Positions 1 through 9,176 of a stretch of DNA of 64,000 nucleotides are shown in pieces. Positions within the stretch are counted from its first letter, which is position 1; each line of letters starts with the position of its first letter. The translations under genes were made by a program, and so were the position numbers. This DNA is from an uncultured Clostridia bacterium (GTDB taxonomy: Bacteria > Bacillota > Clostridia > TANB77 > CAG-508), in contig CALXVD010000005.1 in assembly GCA_944391865.1 (NCBI GenBank), positions 144 to 64,143 on the forward strand, in the 5' to 3' direction. The notes under the pieces are model-generated. The model was not told where the DNA came from. It saw nothing but the letters and a program-made list of their open reading frames with translations, and did no database searches.

Positions 1-72
1 CATGGTCGTCCTCCCCTATAGATTTTAAAATATATTTTCTCATTAAAATTACACAAATTGCAATTTATATAA

Positions 73-1006
73 CTAATCATTTTTCACAGTTTCAATAATG
101 TCTTCTGCTGTTAGTTTAAAATATTTCAATAATTCTTTTGCAGGTCCAGACTTACCATATTTATCTTTTATTCCCATTTTAATAAGCTTACATGGGTATT
201 TTTCTGCTAACACATCAGATATTGCACTTCCTAACCCATTGATTACACTGTGGTCTTCTATAGATATTAATTTTTTTGTTTCTTTTGCACATTTTATAAT
301 TAATTCTTCATCTATTGGTTTTATTGTGTGCATATCTACTACCCTTATATTTATTCCTTGCTTTTCCAATTCATCTTTTGCTTTTATTGCCTCTGGAACT
401 ACAACACCTGTTGCAAATACAGTTGCATCAGTTCCAACTCCAATTTGAACTCCTTTCCCTATTTCGAATTTTTGATTTTCATCATATATTTGTGGCGTTG
501 CGTATCTGCATAGCCTTAAATAGACTGGTTCTTTTATTTTAGAAATTGCCTCTACTGCCCATTTTGTTTCTAAATCATCAGATGTACACATAACATACAT
601 GTTAGCAAGTCCTCTCATCATTCCTATATCTTCTAGCATTTGATGAGACGCTCCGGTCTTCTCCTACAGTAACTCCTGCATGTGATGCGCATATTTTTAC
701 ATTAAGGTGTGGATATGCTATGCTGTTTCTTATTTGATCATATGCTCTTCCACATGCAAACATTGCAAATGAACTTGCAAACGGTATTTTTCCAAAAGTA
801 GCAAGCCCCGCTGCAGTAGACATCATATCTTGCTCTGAAATTCCCATGTCAAAAAATCTTTCTGGAAATTTTTTTGCAAAAATTGAAGTCTTTGTTGCCC
901 CTGATAAATCTGCATCTAAAACTACAATATCTTTATTTTTTTCTCCTAACTCTGCTAACTTTTCTCCATAGCTTTGTCTTGTTGCTTTTAAGTTCTCTAA
1001 ATCCAT
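73..1006 (-). CDS. Transketolase, C-terminal (pyrimidine-binding) subunit. ORF pieces 602-1006 and 73-639 are joined by a +1 shift at in-frame CGG 653-655.
   Basis: FFDMGISEQ motif is present. The junction gaa gac CGG Agc gtc restores [25 protein letters not shown] when the C is skipped. Confidence 0.85.
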
Positions 1007-1088
1007 ATATATTCTCCTTTTTTAATATTTACAAGGTTTGAGGAACGACCTCGCTTACCGGCATTTCTCATAAATCGAGGAATGTCCC

Positions 1089-1973
1089 TCATTTTATGTA
1101 CCAGTTTTTTATTATTGTATCTGGAATATTTAAATTTCCTTTTCCTACTCCTACCTCTACACTTGGTCTTTTCGTTCCGTGGTAATCTGTTCCTCCACTT
1201 ACATATAAATTATTGTTTTTGCAATAATTTAATAAACCTTCTGTTTGTTCTTCTGTAAAATTACTATAATAGCATTCTATTCCATCTAAATTACTATCTT
1301 TTAATAGCTGAGTTATATACTCTATTTTATCTTCTACCCATTTGTATTCATAAACATGAGCTAAGAATGCAACTCCACCAGCCAAATGTACTTGTTCTAC
1401 TGTCTGTTTTGGCGATGGATAATCATCTTTCTTATCTAAGAAAAACATGTTGTTTCTATTGTAGACATAATCTTTTTTAAAATTAGCAAAGCTTTCCCAT
1501 AAATCTTTTGGTACTTTTGCTTCATTTTCTGGATGTTTTTTTACTTCATTATAGAAAACTACACTCCCCCAGTCTGAATCTGGATTCCACTGCAAGCTAT
1601 CTATTGGATCTAGTACTAAATTATATCCTTTTGATTGTTTATAAAGGCAAGTTAAATTTTTAGTTTCTAATATTCTATGGGTTTTTTGTTTATAATTTTT
1701 GTCTAGATAATTATTAAATTTATCTATATCTATGTTATAAGCCAAAATATCTATTACTCTATCTTTGTAATAATTTTTTAATTCAACACCAGGTATAATT
1801 TTCCCAGAATAATAATCTTTTATGTTTATATTCCTTAACTCGCTATAACCGTTTACACTTTCATGATCTGTTATTGATATGTAAGATAATTTTTGTTTTT
1901 CTGCTTTTTTTAATACTTCTATTACATTATCTGAACCATCTGAGTTGTTAGTATGAATATGTAAATCTATCAT
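1089..1973 (-). CDS. PHP-domain (polymerase/histidinol phosphatase-like) phosphoesterase
   Basis: IDLHIHTNNSDGSD is an N-terminal PHP motif and GGTDYHG lies near the C-terminus. The start is moved to the Met preceded by AAAGGAG; the upstream part of the ORF runs through a GC-rich intergenic segment. Confidence 0.75.
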   Translation of the reverse strand: MIDLHIHTNNSDGSDNVIEVLKKAEKQKLSYISITDHESVNGYSELRNINIKDYYSGKIIPGVELKNYYKDRVIDILAYNIDIDKFNNYLDKNYKQKTHRILETKNLTCLYKQSKGYNLVLDPIDSLQWNPDSDWGSVVFYNEVKKHPENEAKVPKDLWESFANFKKDYVYNRNNMFFLDKKDDYPSPKQTVEQVHLAGGVAFLAHVYEYKWVEDKIEYITQLLKDSNLDGIECYYSNFTEEQTEGLLNYCKNNNLYVSGGTDYHGTKRPSVEVGVGKGNLNIPDTIIKNWYIK

Positions 1974-2059
1974 TTCTCTAACTCCTTTAATTACGGGCGC
2001 AGTTTGGTATTTCTCATTGGTATTCCTAACCGACAACGCCCCTACATTCATTATTTAAA

Positions 2060-2891
2060 TTATTTTTGTAGTTCTTCCATTGCTATTTTATATTCTTCTT
2101 CGTTTGGAGCTTTTCCGTGCCAATCTGCTACATTTTCCATAAAAGAAACTCCTTTTCCTTTTATGGTTTTTGCTATTATTACAGTTGGCTTTCCTTTTAC
2201 TGTTTTTGCTTTATTAAATGCATTAATTATTTGTTTAATATCATGTCCATCAATGCTAATTACTTCAAATCCAAAACTTTTAAATTTTTTATCTAACGGA
2301 TAAATATTCATTACTTTATCTACTTGTCCATCAATTTGTAAATTGTTGTTATCTACAACTACGCATAAATTATCTAATTTGTAATGACTAGCACTCATTG
2401 CAGCTTCCCAAATTTGCCCTTCTTCTAGTTCTCCATCTCCACATATGCAATATACTCTTACTCCTTCATGATCTAGTTTAGATGCAAGTGCCATACCGTT
2501 TGCAGCAGATAATCCTTGTCCGAAGTGAGCCAGTTGACATATCTATTCCTGGAGTTCTTTTCATATCTGGATGCCCTTGAAGCATTCCATCAACCTTTCT
2601 CAATTTTTTTAATTCATCTTTACTAAAATATCCTTTTTCTGCAAGCACGCTATATAGTGCTGGCGCGACATGCCCTTTTGATAACACTAGCCTATCTCTT
2701 GATCTAGCTTTTGGTTCATTCTCGTCTATATTCATCTGATTGAAATATAAAACTGTTAGAATATCTGCAATTGACAGTGATCCTCCTGGATGACCTGATT
2801 TTGCATTATAAACACCTTCAATTATTCCTATTCTAACTCTTCTTGCTATTTCTTCTAGCTCTTCTATATCAGTGATTTTCAACAAACTCAC
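2060..2891 (-). CDS. Transketolase, N-terminal (TPP-binding) subunit. Pieces 2478-2891 and 2060-2494 are joined by a +1 shift at CGG 2520-2522.
   Basis: GHPGGSLS and GDGELEEGQIWEA motifs are present. The junction ctt CGG Aca agg restores MSTGSL-G-QGLSAANGMALAS. Confidence 0.85.
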
Positions 2892-2964
2892 TCCTTTAAT
2901 TTATTTTCCTTAATCATTCTATATCATAAAAAAATAAAATTCTATATTTTTTTAATTTTTTATT

Positions 2965-3076
2965 AAATTGTGATTTAGCGGTGAGATGTGTGAGGTGAGA
3001 GGTGAGATTTTAGGGATACGCTTCGCAGGCTCCGCCCTAATTTCACACTTCTCACATCCCACTTATCACTTCTCAT
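2965..3076 (-). repeat. Family-1 heptad-armed palindromic intergenic element, copy 1 (right terminal 12-mer missing)
   Basis: Reads gtgagatgtgtgaggtgagaggtgag...ttagggatacgcttcgcaggctccgccctaa...cacacttctcacatcccacttatcacttctca. It is homologous to the copies at 7792, 11586, 23918, 31084 and 38208. Confidence 0.8.
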
Positions 3077-3081
3077 ACAAA

Positions 3082-3108
3082 AAAGGAACAGAATAAAATC
3101 TGTTCCTT
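3082..3108 (-). terminator. Rho-independent terminator downstream of rpsR
   Basis: The minus strand reads GGAACAG-attttatt-CTGTTCC followed by TTTTTT. Confidence 0.7.
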
Positions 3109-3113
3109 AAACA

Positions 3114-3401
3114 TTAGTTTTGTGTGTATGGTAAAATAGCTATATGTCTTGCTCTTTTTATAGCTTGTGTAATATCTCTTTGATGTTTTGCGCAAGCACC
3201 TGTTGCTCTTCTTGGTAATATTTTACCTTTTTCATTTATAAATTTCTTTAATTGATCTGCATTTTTATAATCTAAAACAAAATCTTTATTGCTACACATT
3301 ACACATACTTTTTTTCTAGCTTTTCTGAATTTTGGATTGAAGTCATCATCGCTTCCGTTTCTTCTTCTATTGTTTTTTGAGTTTTGTTTTTTGTCTGCCA
3401 T
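3114..3401 (-). CDS. rpsR: 30S ribosomal protein S18
   Basis: Sequence includes KKVCVMC...[49 protein letters not shown], in rpsF-ssb-rpsR synteny. Confidence 0.95.
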   Translation of the reverse strand: MADKKQNSKNNRRRNGSDDDFNPKFRKARKKVCVMCSNKDFVLDYKNADQLKKFINEKGKILPRRATGACAKHQRDITQAIKRARHIAILPYTQN

Positions 3402-3482
3402 TATATTTTCCCCCTTTCCAAAATTTGCTCTGCAAATTTTGTATTTTTAACTATCTACTTTAACTCTTTTTTGAAACAATTC

Positions 3483-3899
3483 TTAAAATGGTAATTCATC
3501 ATCTGAAGATGTAGTAAATTCTGAATTCTCTGATATTGTACTTCCAAATGTATTCTCAAAATTTGAAGTATCTCCTTCTCTTTTACTATCTGCAAAATAT
3601 GCTTCTTCTGCTACTACTTCTGTAACATAATGCTTTTGCCCTTTATCATCTTCCCAATTTCTTGTTTGAAGTCTTCCTATTACTCCAACTTGTTGTCCTT
3701 TTTTAAAATATTTGCTACAAAATTCTCCTGTTTTGCTCCAAGCAACAACATTTATAAAATCAGCTTGTCTTTCCTCACCTTGTCTTACAAATCTTCTATT
3801 TACTGCAAGTGAAAAAGATGCAACTAATGTATTATTAGTTTGAGTATATCTAACTTCTGGATCCCTTGTTAATCTGCCCATTAAAACAACTTTGTTCAT
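3483..3899 (-). CDS. ssb: Single-stranded DNA-binding protein
   Basis: MNKVVLMGRLTRDPEVRYT OB-fold N-terminus and an acidic C-terminal tail ending DDELPF. Confidence 0.95.
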   Translation of the reverse strand: MNKVVLMGRLTRDPEVRYTQTNNTLVASFSLAVNRRFVRQGEERQADFINVVAWSKTGEFCSKYFKKGQQVGVIGRLQTRNWEDDKGQKHYVTEVVAEEAYFADSKREGDTSNFENTFGSTISENSEFTTSSDDELPF

Positions 3900-3902
3900 A
3901 TT

Positions 3903-4187
3903 TTATTTCTCCTCTTTTACAACGATAAATTTTATTACTTCGTCTGTAATTCTATATATTCTTTCTAATTCAGCGATTAACTCTGGTTTAGCTTCGAATT
4001 TAAATACAATATAGTATCCTTCTTTGTTCTTTTTTACTTCATAAGCTAATTTCTTTTTACCAATTTCTTCTACTGAATCAAGTTTACCATCAGTATTAAT
4101 TAAATTTGAGAATTTTTCTATTAAACCTTTAATAGCTTCACCCTCTAAATTTGGATTAATAATGATAACACTTTCGTATTTATTCAT
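3903..4187 (-). CDS. rpsF: 30S ribosomal protein S6
   Basis: MNKYESVIIINPNLEGE... The start is trimmed to the Met behind a GAGGAGG RBS. Confidence 0.9.
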   Translation of the reverse strand: MNKYESVIIINPNLEGEAIKGLIEKFSNLINTDGKLDSVEEIGKKKLAYEVKKNKEGYYIVFKFEAKPELIAELERIYRITDEVIKFIVVKEEK

Positions 4188-4329
4188 TATTTCTTCACCT
4201 CCTCTTGGCTTATAACCCATACATATATATGAGTAAGGAAAAATAGCAATGCTATTTTCAAACATTGCTATTTTATCACATATTTATTACATTTGCAAGC
4301 TTTTTTAAAAATTCTAACCTTATAAATTT

Positions 4330-4746
4330 TTACTTATTAATCTTATGATAAACCTCTCCATTTCTTTCTATACCCTTTAGATAATAAACTTCTAAAGCAT
4401 TATTAACGACATAAATATCAGAATTACTATTTAAATCTTTTCCAAACTCACTTCCATAAAATAGTGTTACATTTTCTAATTTTGATAAATCTATTTCATA
4501 ATAATCTTGTGCTTCTATAGTTACTTTTCTTTCTGTTATAGGTAATTCTCCATACTCATTATAATAAACTAATATTGCATCTTCCAATTGCCCTATATCT
4601 GAAATCATATTATTATAATATGTTGGATTATTCGAAGAATTTATGCTATACGCAACAGCAGTTGCTAATATAAGTAATATTACAATTGTAAAAACTAATG
4701 CAATTAGAGTTATTCCTTTTTCTCCTTTATTATGTTTTCTTATCAT
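4330..4746 (-). CDS. Prepilin-type N-terminal cleavage/methylation-domain protein (pseudopilin-like)
   Basis: KGEKG|ITLIALVFTIVILLILA is a class III signal-like N-terminus. The remainder is unassigned. Confidence 0.55.
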   Translation of the reverse strand: MIRKHNKGEKGITLIALVFTIVILLILATAVAYSINSSNNPTYYNNMISDIGQLEDAILVYYNEYGELPITERKVTIEAQDYYEIDLSKLENVTLFYGSEFGKDLNSNSDIYVVNNALEVYYLKGIERNGEVYHKINK

Positions 4747-4800
4747 TTGTTTCCTCCATTAAAGGTATAAATTTATAATTTTATTTTTACATTTAATCAT

Positions 4801-5451
4801 TTAAATGTCAATACATTTCTCTCTTTTTTGTATTGTATCATAAATTTTTTTCTTCATGCTATATTTTTTATTTTCTTTTATTACGATAAACCAAAGATAT
4901 ATTATTATAAATAATATTGCTATGTTTTTAAAATATAAAATTCCTATACTAGACATTGCTGTAAGAATAATTACAATTGCATTTGAGATTTTATTCACTA
5001 TGTAGTTTGATTTCATTTCAGGATATTTTAACTTTATTATTCCTTTTAAAACTCTGCCTCCATCCAAAGGATAAAGTGGAATCAAATTAAAAATTCCTAT
5101 TAATATGTTAGAATATATTATAATTTGTTTTATTTCTATGTTGATATTTAAAAAGTACACTAATAATATTATTATAAAATTAGTAATAGGACCTGCTAAA
5201 GCTAAAAATATTTTTTTTAATTCTAATAACTTCTTGTATCCATAAGCTTCAAATACTATGCTTATTCCAAATGGCATAAATTCTAATGATTTTGGTTTTA
5301 GCTTAAGCAAAATTCCAGCTATCATATGTCCTAACTCATGAATTAAAGCAAAAAACATTATACAACCATAAATTTTAATTTGATGTGTAAACACAAATAT
5401 AATTATAAACAAAAAGATTTGTAAATTTATTTTTATTCGCAAGTAAATCAC
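4801..5451 (-). CDS. spoIVFB: Site-2 protease family M50 metallopeptidase (SpoIVFB-like)
   Basis: HELGHM zinc motif and NLIPLYPLDGGR motif, multi-pass membrane protein, directly downstream of an M23 gene. Confidence 0.75.
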   Translation of the reverse strand: MIYLRIKINLQIFLFIIIFVFTHQIKIYGCIMFFALIHELGHMIAGILLKLKPKSLEFMPFGISIVFEAYGYKKLLELKKIFLALAGPITNFIIILLVYFLNINIEIKQIIIYSNILIGIFNLIPLYPLDGGRVLKGIIKLKYPEMKSNYIVNKISNAIVIILTAMSSIGILYFKNIAILFIIIYLWFIVIKENKKYSMKKKIYDTIQKREKCIDI

Positions 5452-5463
5452 TTCCTTAGTTTT

Positions 5464-6382
5464 TTAGTCAAACTTTAGTATCAAATCTGGATCCACATAT
5501 CTATTATTTTTTCTTATTTCGAAATGTAAATGTGGTCCTGTTACATTTCCTGTTGCTCCCACTTCTCCTATTTCTTGTCCTTGGGCTATTTCATCTCCTT
5601 CTTTTACATATATAGTTTTGCAATGAGCGTACACAGTTTTTACATCATCACTTACAATTGTAAAATGATTGCCTAAATCTCCGCTCACTAGATACCTTTT
5701 CGACCCTACCTGCCATAGAAGCAATAAATACTGTGCCTTCATTTACCGCAATATCAATTCCTGTATGATTTTTTGGTACAGTTGGTGTTTCTGGGTTTCT
5801 TAGTCCATATCTTGATGTAATAGTTCCTTTTAGCGGAATAATTAGTGATTTGCTTGCAAGGATATCTTTTGCATCTTGCTCCATTTGAGTAAGATCTCCT
5901 GTCTCATTTTCACTTAAAACTACATTTTCACCCCCTATATTTTCACTTAATGATTCGTTTGTGGGTTCACTATTTAGGCTTTCAGTATTTGTGTTTATGC
6001 TACTTTCACTATTATTACTATTACTGTTATTGTCATCTTGCGGATGGCTAATAGCCGCCCCTACATTGTTTGTAAATTTATTTAAGTACAACATAACTTG
6101 TTCATATAAATTTTTTATGTTTAAATCATATGATAATATTTCATTTGTTTTTTTAATTACATCATCAGAAAATACGTAATTTGTATTTTTTATCATATAA
6201 AAAATACTGTATATAACTGCACAAATAAGTAATTGTAATAACATTTTTTTAAGCATTCCAAAATCTTTTTCTTCTGAAACATTCACTCTTGCAGAATTTC
6301 TATTGCTGGCTTGTATCTTTTTTCTATAATAAATTTCTTCTGCTCTTTTTATTCTTTCATCTGGGGTTAAAGTTCTTTCCAT
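5464..6382 (-). CDS. M23/LytM-family peptidase (SpoIVFA-like position). Pieces 5648-6382 and 5464-5742 are joined by a +1 shift at CGG 5681-5683.
   Basis: The junction agt gag CGG Aga ttt restores VEKVSSE-G-DLGNHFTIVSDD...GATGNVTGPHLHFEI. Confidence 0.8.
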
Positions 6383-6462
6383 AAAAAAACACCTCTTCCT
6401 TTGTAATATACTTTTTCTAATGTATATTCAAAAGAAGAAATGTTAGAACTTTATGTATTAAT

Positions 6463-6786
6463 TTAATTGGATTTTATGTAAGTAAATTTATTTTTTAGGT
6501 TCGCTCCCAGAGATTTATTTATATTTTTTCTCACGCGCCCCAACTGCGCAGATTATGTAATAAAATTTTAGCTGACGCTAAATTTTCTGAACATAATCTA
6601 AGCTTGTCGGTCCCCACCCGTAACCCGCTCGAAAAATATAAATGGAAATCTCTTCGCGCTACTCTACAATTTAAAATCATCAATTTAATGAAAATTTTAA
6701 TTTTCATTAAAGGGTTAAAATATAAAAATATTAATTTTAATAATTAAAAATGTTTGCAATTAATTTAATCATGCAAATTCCAATTT
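6463..6786. repeat. Type-C intergenic element (about 324 bp): long imperfect palindrome 6509-6653 plus hairpin 6685-6710, bounded by AAATTNNAATTT-like 12-mers
   Basis: Left end taattggatttt and right end aaattccaattt (6775-6786), which overlaps the stop of ORF 6785-7129. The arms agagatttatttatattttt / aaaaatataaatggaaatctct pair around the centre tgac. Confidence 0.55.
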
Positions 6787-7129
6787 ATTTCACAAAAAAA
6801 GTTCCTAAAAATAAAATTCCTAAAATTATTGAAATTCCCCTTAATCTTTTGTATTTTGTTTCCATTTTTTTATTTATTTTATTAACACTTGTTTTATCTT
6901 TCTCCAATTTAGATAGGTAATTGCTAACTACCATTTCGGCTTCATTTATTATATATTTTTTAGGATTTTTACATACTACTTCCTTATTTTGTTTGTTTTT
7001 ACAACCTTTTTCTGATGTGTTTAAACTTTTTAATTTAACATTAGGTTTTAATATTACTATTGCCTCATCCACTATATTAGATGGTAAATTTTTAAGAACT
7101 ATCATATTTTTCATGTTTTCTGAATCCAT
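6785..7129 (-). CDS. Hypothetical tail-anchored membrane protein
   Basis: Open frame with a C-terminal hydrophobic helix ISIILGILFLGTFFV. No family was recognised. Confidence 0.4.
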   Translation of the reverse strand: MDSENMKNMIVLKNLPSNIVDEAIVILKPNVKLKSLNTSEKGCKNKQNKEVVCKNPKKYIINEAEMVVSNYLSKLEKDKTSVNKINKKMETKYKRLRGISIILGILFLGTFFVK

Positions 7130-7182
7130 TTGTATCCCCCTGAAAAAAATCTATATATAAATTTTTTCCATTTTTTCTAGGT

Positions 7183-7722
7183 TTATACATTGATAACGTT
7201 ATATATTCCATATGCTGTACATTCCGCCATATTCATAATAAGTCCTAGAGGAGTATTTTGTAATAGCTTAAAGTTGTATTGTGGTCTTTTTAAATCCTTT
7301 GCAACTATTCCTTTTATGCTAACATCTCCTACATACATATCTTTTTTATTTAACCCGCTTCCGACATTCATTTTGTGTTCAGATACTATAATCTTTCCAA
7401 TATTATTTTTTTTTGATATTGCAGCATCAATTGCAATAATAAACGATGTTTCATATGTATTATTTATATTATAAATAATTTTTTCAATATTGTTTGCAGT
7501 AACTATATTATCTAAATCTCCAATTACTTTTATATTTTCTTCATTTTTAAATAAATGTTTTAATTTATATCCAACAAGTGGTCCATAGCTGTCTCCTGTT
7601 ATCCTATCTGTTCCAATACATAAAAAAATTAATTTTGAAATCTCTATATCTTGAATTTTTCCCCTTAAAATCTTACTAAAATCATATATGAAGTTATTAT
7701 ATATTTCTTCTTTAAGTATCAC
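7183..7722 (-). CDS. yyaC: Putative sporulation protein YyaC (GPR-like endopeptidase family)
   Basis: CIGTDRITGDSYGPLVGYKL and IAIDAA motifs are typical of YyaC. Confidence 0.8.
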   Translation of the reverse strand: MILKEEIYNNFIYDFSKILRGKIQDIEISKLIFLCIGTDRITGDSYGPLVGYKLKHLFKNEENIKVIGDLDNIVTANNIEKIIYNINNTYETSFIIAIDAAISKKNNIGKIIVSEHKMNVGSGLNKKDMYVGDVSIKGIVAKDLKRPQYNFKLLQNTPLGLIMNMAECTAYGIYNVINV

Positions 7723-7791
7723 TTTTTGCTCCTCATTTTGTTTTTATAAAGTATATGTTTTTTAATCAACAAAATGATTATTTAAATCAAT

Positions 7792-7925
7792 AAATTGGAA
7801 TTTGTTTTTGTGATGTGTGAGGTGCGAAGTGCGAGGTGTGCTTTTTAGGGTTAGGCTACGTAAGGCTTACCTTAATTTCACACTTCCCACATCCCACTTC
7901 TCACTTCTCAGATAAATTACAATTT
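7792..7925 (-). repeat. Family-1 element, copy 2 (134 bp, core inverted relative to copies 3-6)
   Basis: aaattggaattt...gtgatgtgtgaggtgcgaagtgcgaggtgtgc...tacgta...cacttcccacatcccacttctcacttctc...aaattacaattt. The right 12-mer abuts the stop of ORF 7924-8175. Confidence 0.9.
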
Positions 7926-8175
7926 ACTTATTTAATTTTCTTGGAGCAATAACTATATTTATATTCTCTTTTTTATTATATTTATTTATAATATCTCCAG
8001 AAAAGCTTGCCACTTCATTAGACAACACTATTGTTGTATATTTTTGATTTACTAATTCTTTTATTTTTTCGTCAGTTTTGTCTAAATCGTTTATCTCAAA
8101 AACATCAAATCCTAAATTTTTAAAAATTCTAAAACTCTTATTGTCATTTGAAGACTTAAGCCATGAAATGCTCAT
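7924..8175 (-). CDS. Small protein resembling V-type ATPase subunit F (orphan)
   Basis: FRIFKNLGFDVFEI...KYTTIVLSNE...NIVIAP resembles the ATP-synt_F pattern. No other V-ATPase genes are nearby. Confidence 0.35.
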   Translation of the reverse strand: MSISWLKSSNDNKSFRIFKNLGFDVFEINDLDKTDEKIKELVNQKYTTIVLSNEVASFSGDIINKYNKKENINIVIAPRKLNK

Positions 8176-8270
8176 AATTTACCACCATTATTATTTTGGC
8201 TTATTTTACGCAATCTTATTCTTGTTTTTTTAGCAAAACAAATACTTTTTGACAAATTTCATATATTATT

Positions 8271-8771
8271 TTACCACTTATATATTGAATCTATGTGAAC
8301 AAATCTTATATTTTTAAATGTATATGAAGAAACCCTTCTATTATATGAATCATACGTATGTGAGGCTGTATAAATATTATTCAAGTCTAATTTATCACCA
8401 ACATTTACAACCATTAATGTATGTGAAAATTTTATTCCATCAAAACTTAGTTGAATTATATCTCCTATTTCTATTTTATCTAATCCTACTTCATTTCCTC
8501 TAGGTCCTACACTTTTATTATTTATTAAAAAATTATACAAAAATTCTACTCCAGACCAAGAAGGACTTCTATCATTTACCGAGTTATAGTACCAACCTGT
8601 ATTTTTAGTATAATTCATTATTCCTGATCCTGCATATATACATTGAGATATAAAGCTAGTACAATCTCCTCCAATAATATCAAAATTATAATAACTTGGA
8701 TTTCTGCTATATGCCCATTTCTTTGCATATTCTTTTGCTTTTGCCCTATTATATTTTTCTTTTTTCATCAT
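8271..8771 (-). CDS. Putative amidase-domain protein (Amidase_6-like)
   Basis: YNRAKAKEYAKKWAYSRNPSYYNF...GGDCTSFISQCIYAGSG. The start is trimmed to MMKKEKY. Confidence 0.6.
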   Translation of the reverse strand: MMKKEKYNRAKAKEYAKKWAYSRNPSYYNFDIIGGDCTSFISQCIYAGSGIMNYTKNTGWYYNSVNDRSPSWSGVEFLYNFLINNKSVGPRGNEVGLDKIEIGDIIQLSFDGIKFSHTLMVVNVGDKLDLNNIYTASHTYDSYNRRVSSYTFKNIRFVHIDSIYKW

Positions 8772-8930
8772 ATCACCTAATATATGATATGAATTTAGAT
8801 TTTTTGCGCTACAATTTGTCATTTTGTATTGACATTTATTTTCCATATTTTGTATAATGTACATGAAATAGGAATAAGCAGAAATGTGGCTCTGTCATCT
8901 CTTTATACAAATGATAAGGAGGTGATGCTT

Positions 8931-9044
8931 ATGGTAGAACAAATTTTGCTACATATAATAATTTTACTTTTTTCTGCACTTGTTGCAGTTACCATAATTG
9001 CTGTTGCCTTAATTATAGCTTTGGTTATAATTACTAGCAAATAA
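8931..9044 (+). CDS. Small (37 aa) hydrophobic membrane peptide
   Basis: An AAGGAGG RBS lies 8 nt before the ATG. The sequence is MVEQILLHIIILLFSALVAVTIIAVALIIALVIITSK, followed by a terminator. Confidence 0.4.
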   Translation: MVEQILLHIIILLFSALVAVTIIAVALIIALVIITSK

Positions 9045-9047
9045 AGC

Positions 9048-9086
9048 AAAACACATCTCTGCTGGTCATTAGAGATGTGTTTTAAA
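9048..9086 (+). terminator. Rho-independent terminator
   Basis: aaacacatctct / agagatgtgttt form a 12-bp stem followed by ttt. Confidence 0.6.
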
Positions 9087-9176
9087 CACCAATGATGGCA
9101 ACCACGTTTTTGTGGCTTCCTATTTCTTTTTTTATTATACCATATATTTACAATTTGTAAATAGTTTTTTCACAAA

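Noticed and set aside
6490-6660. tRNA or other small RNA genes in the GC-rich intergenic islands (for example ggttcgctccc at 6498)
   Set aside because: No cloverleaf, anticodon-arm or T-loop (GTTCRANYC) architecture could be built. The segments are explained by palindromic repeat elements.
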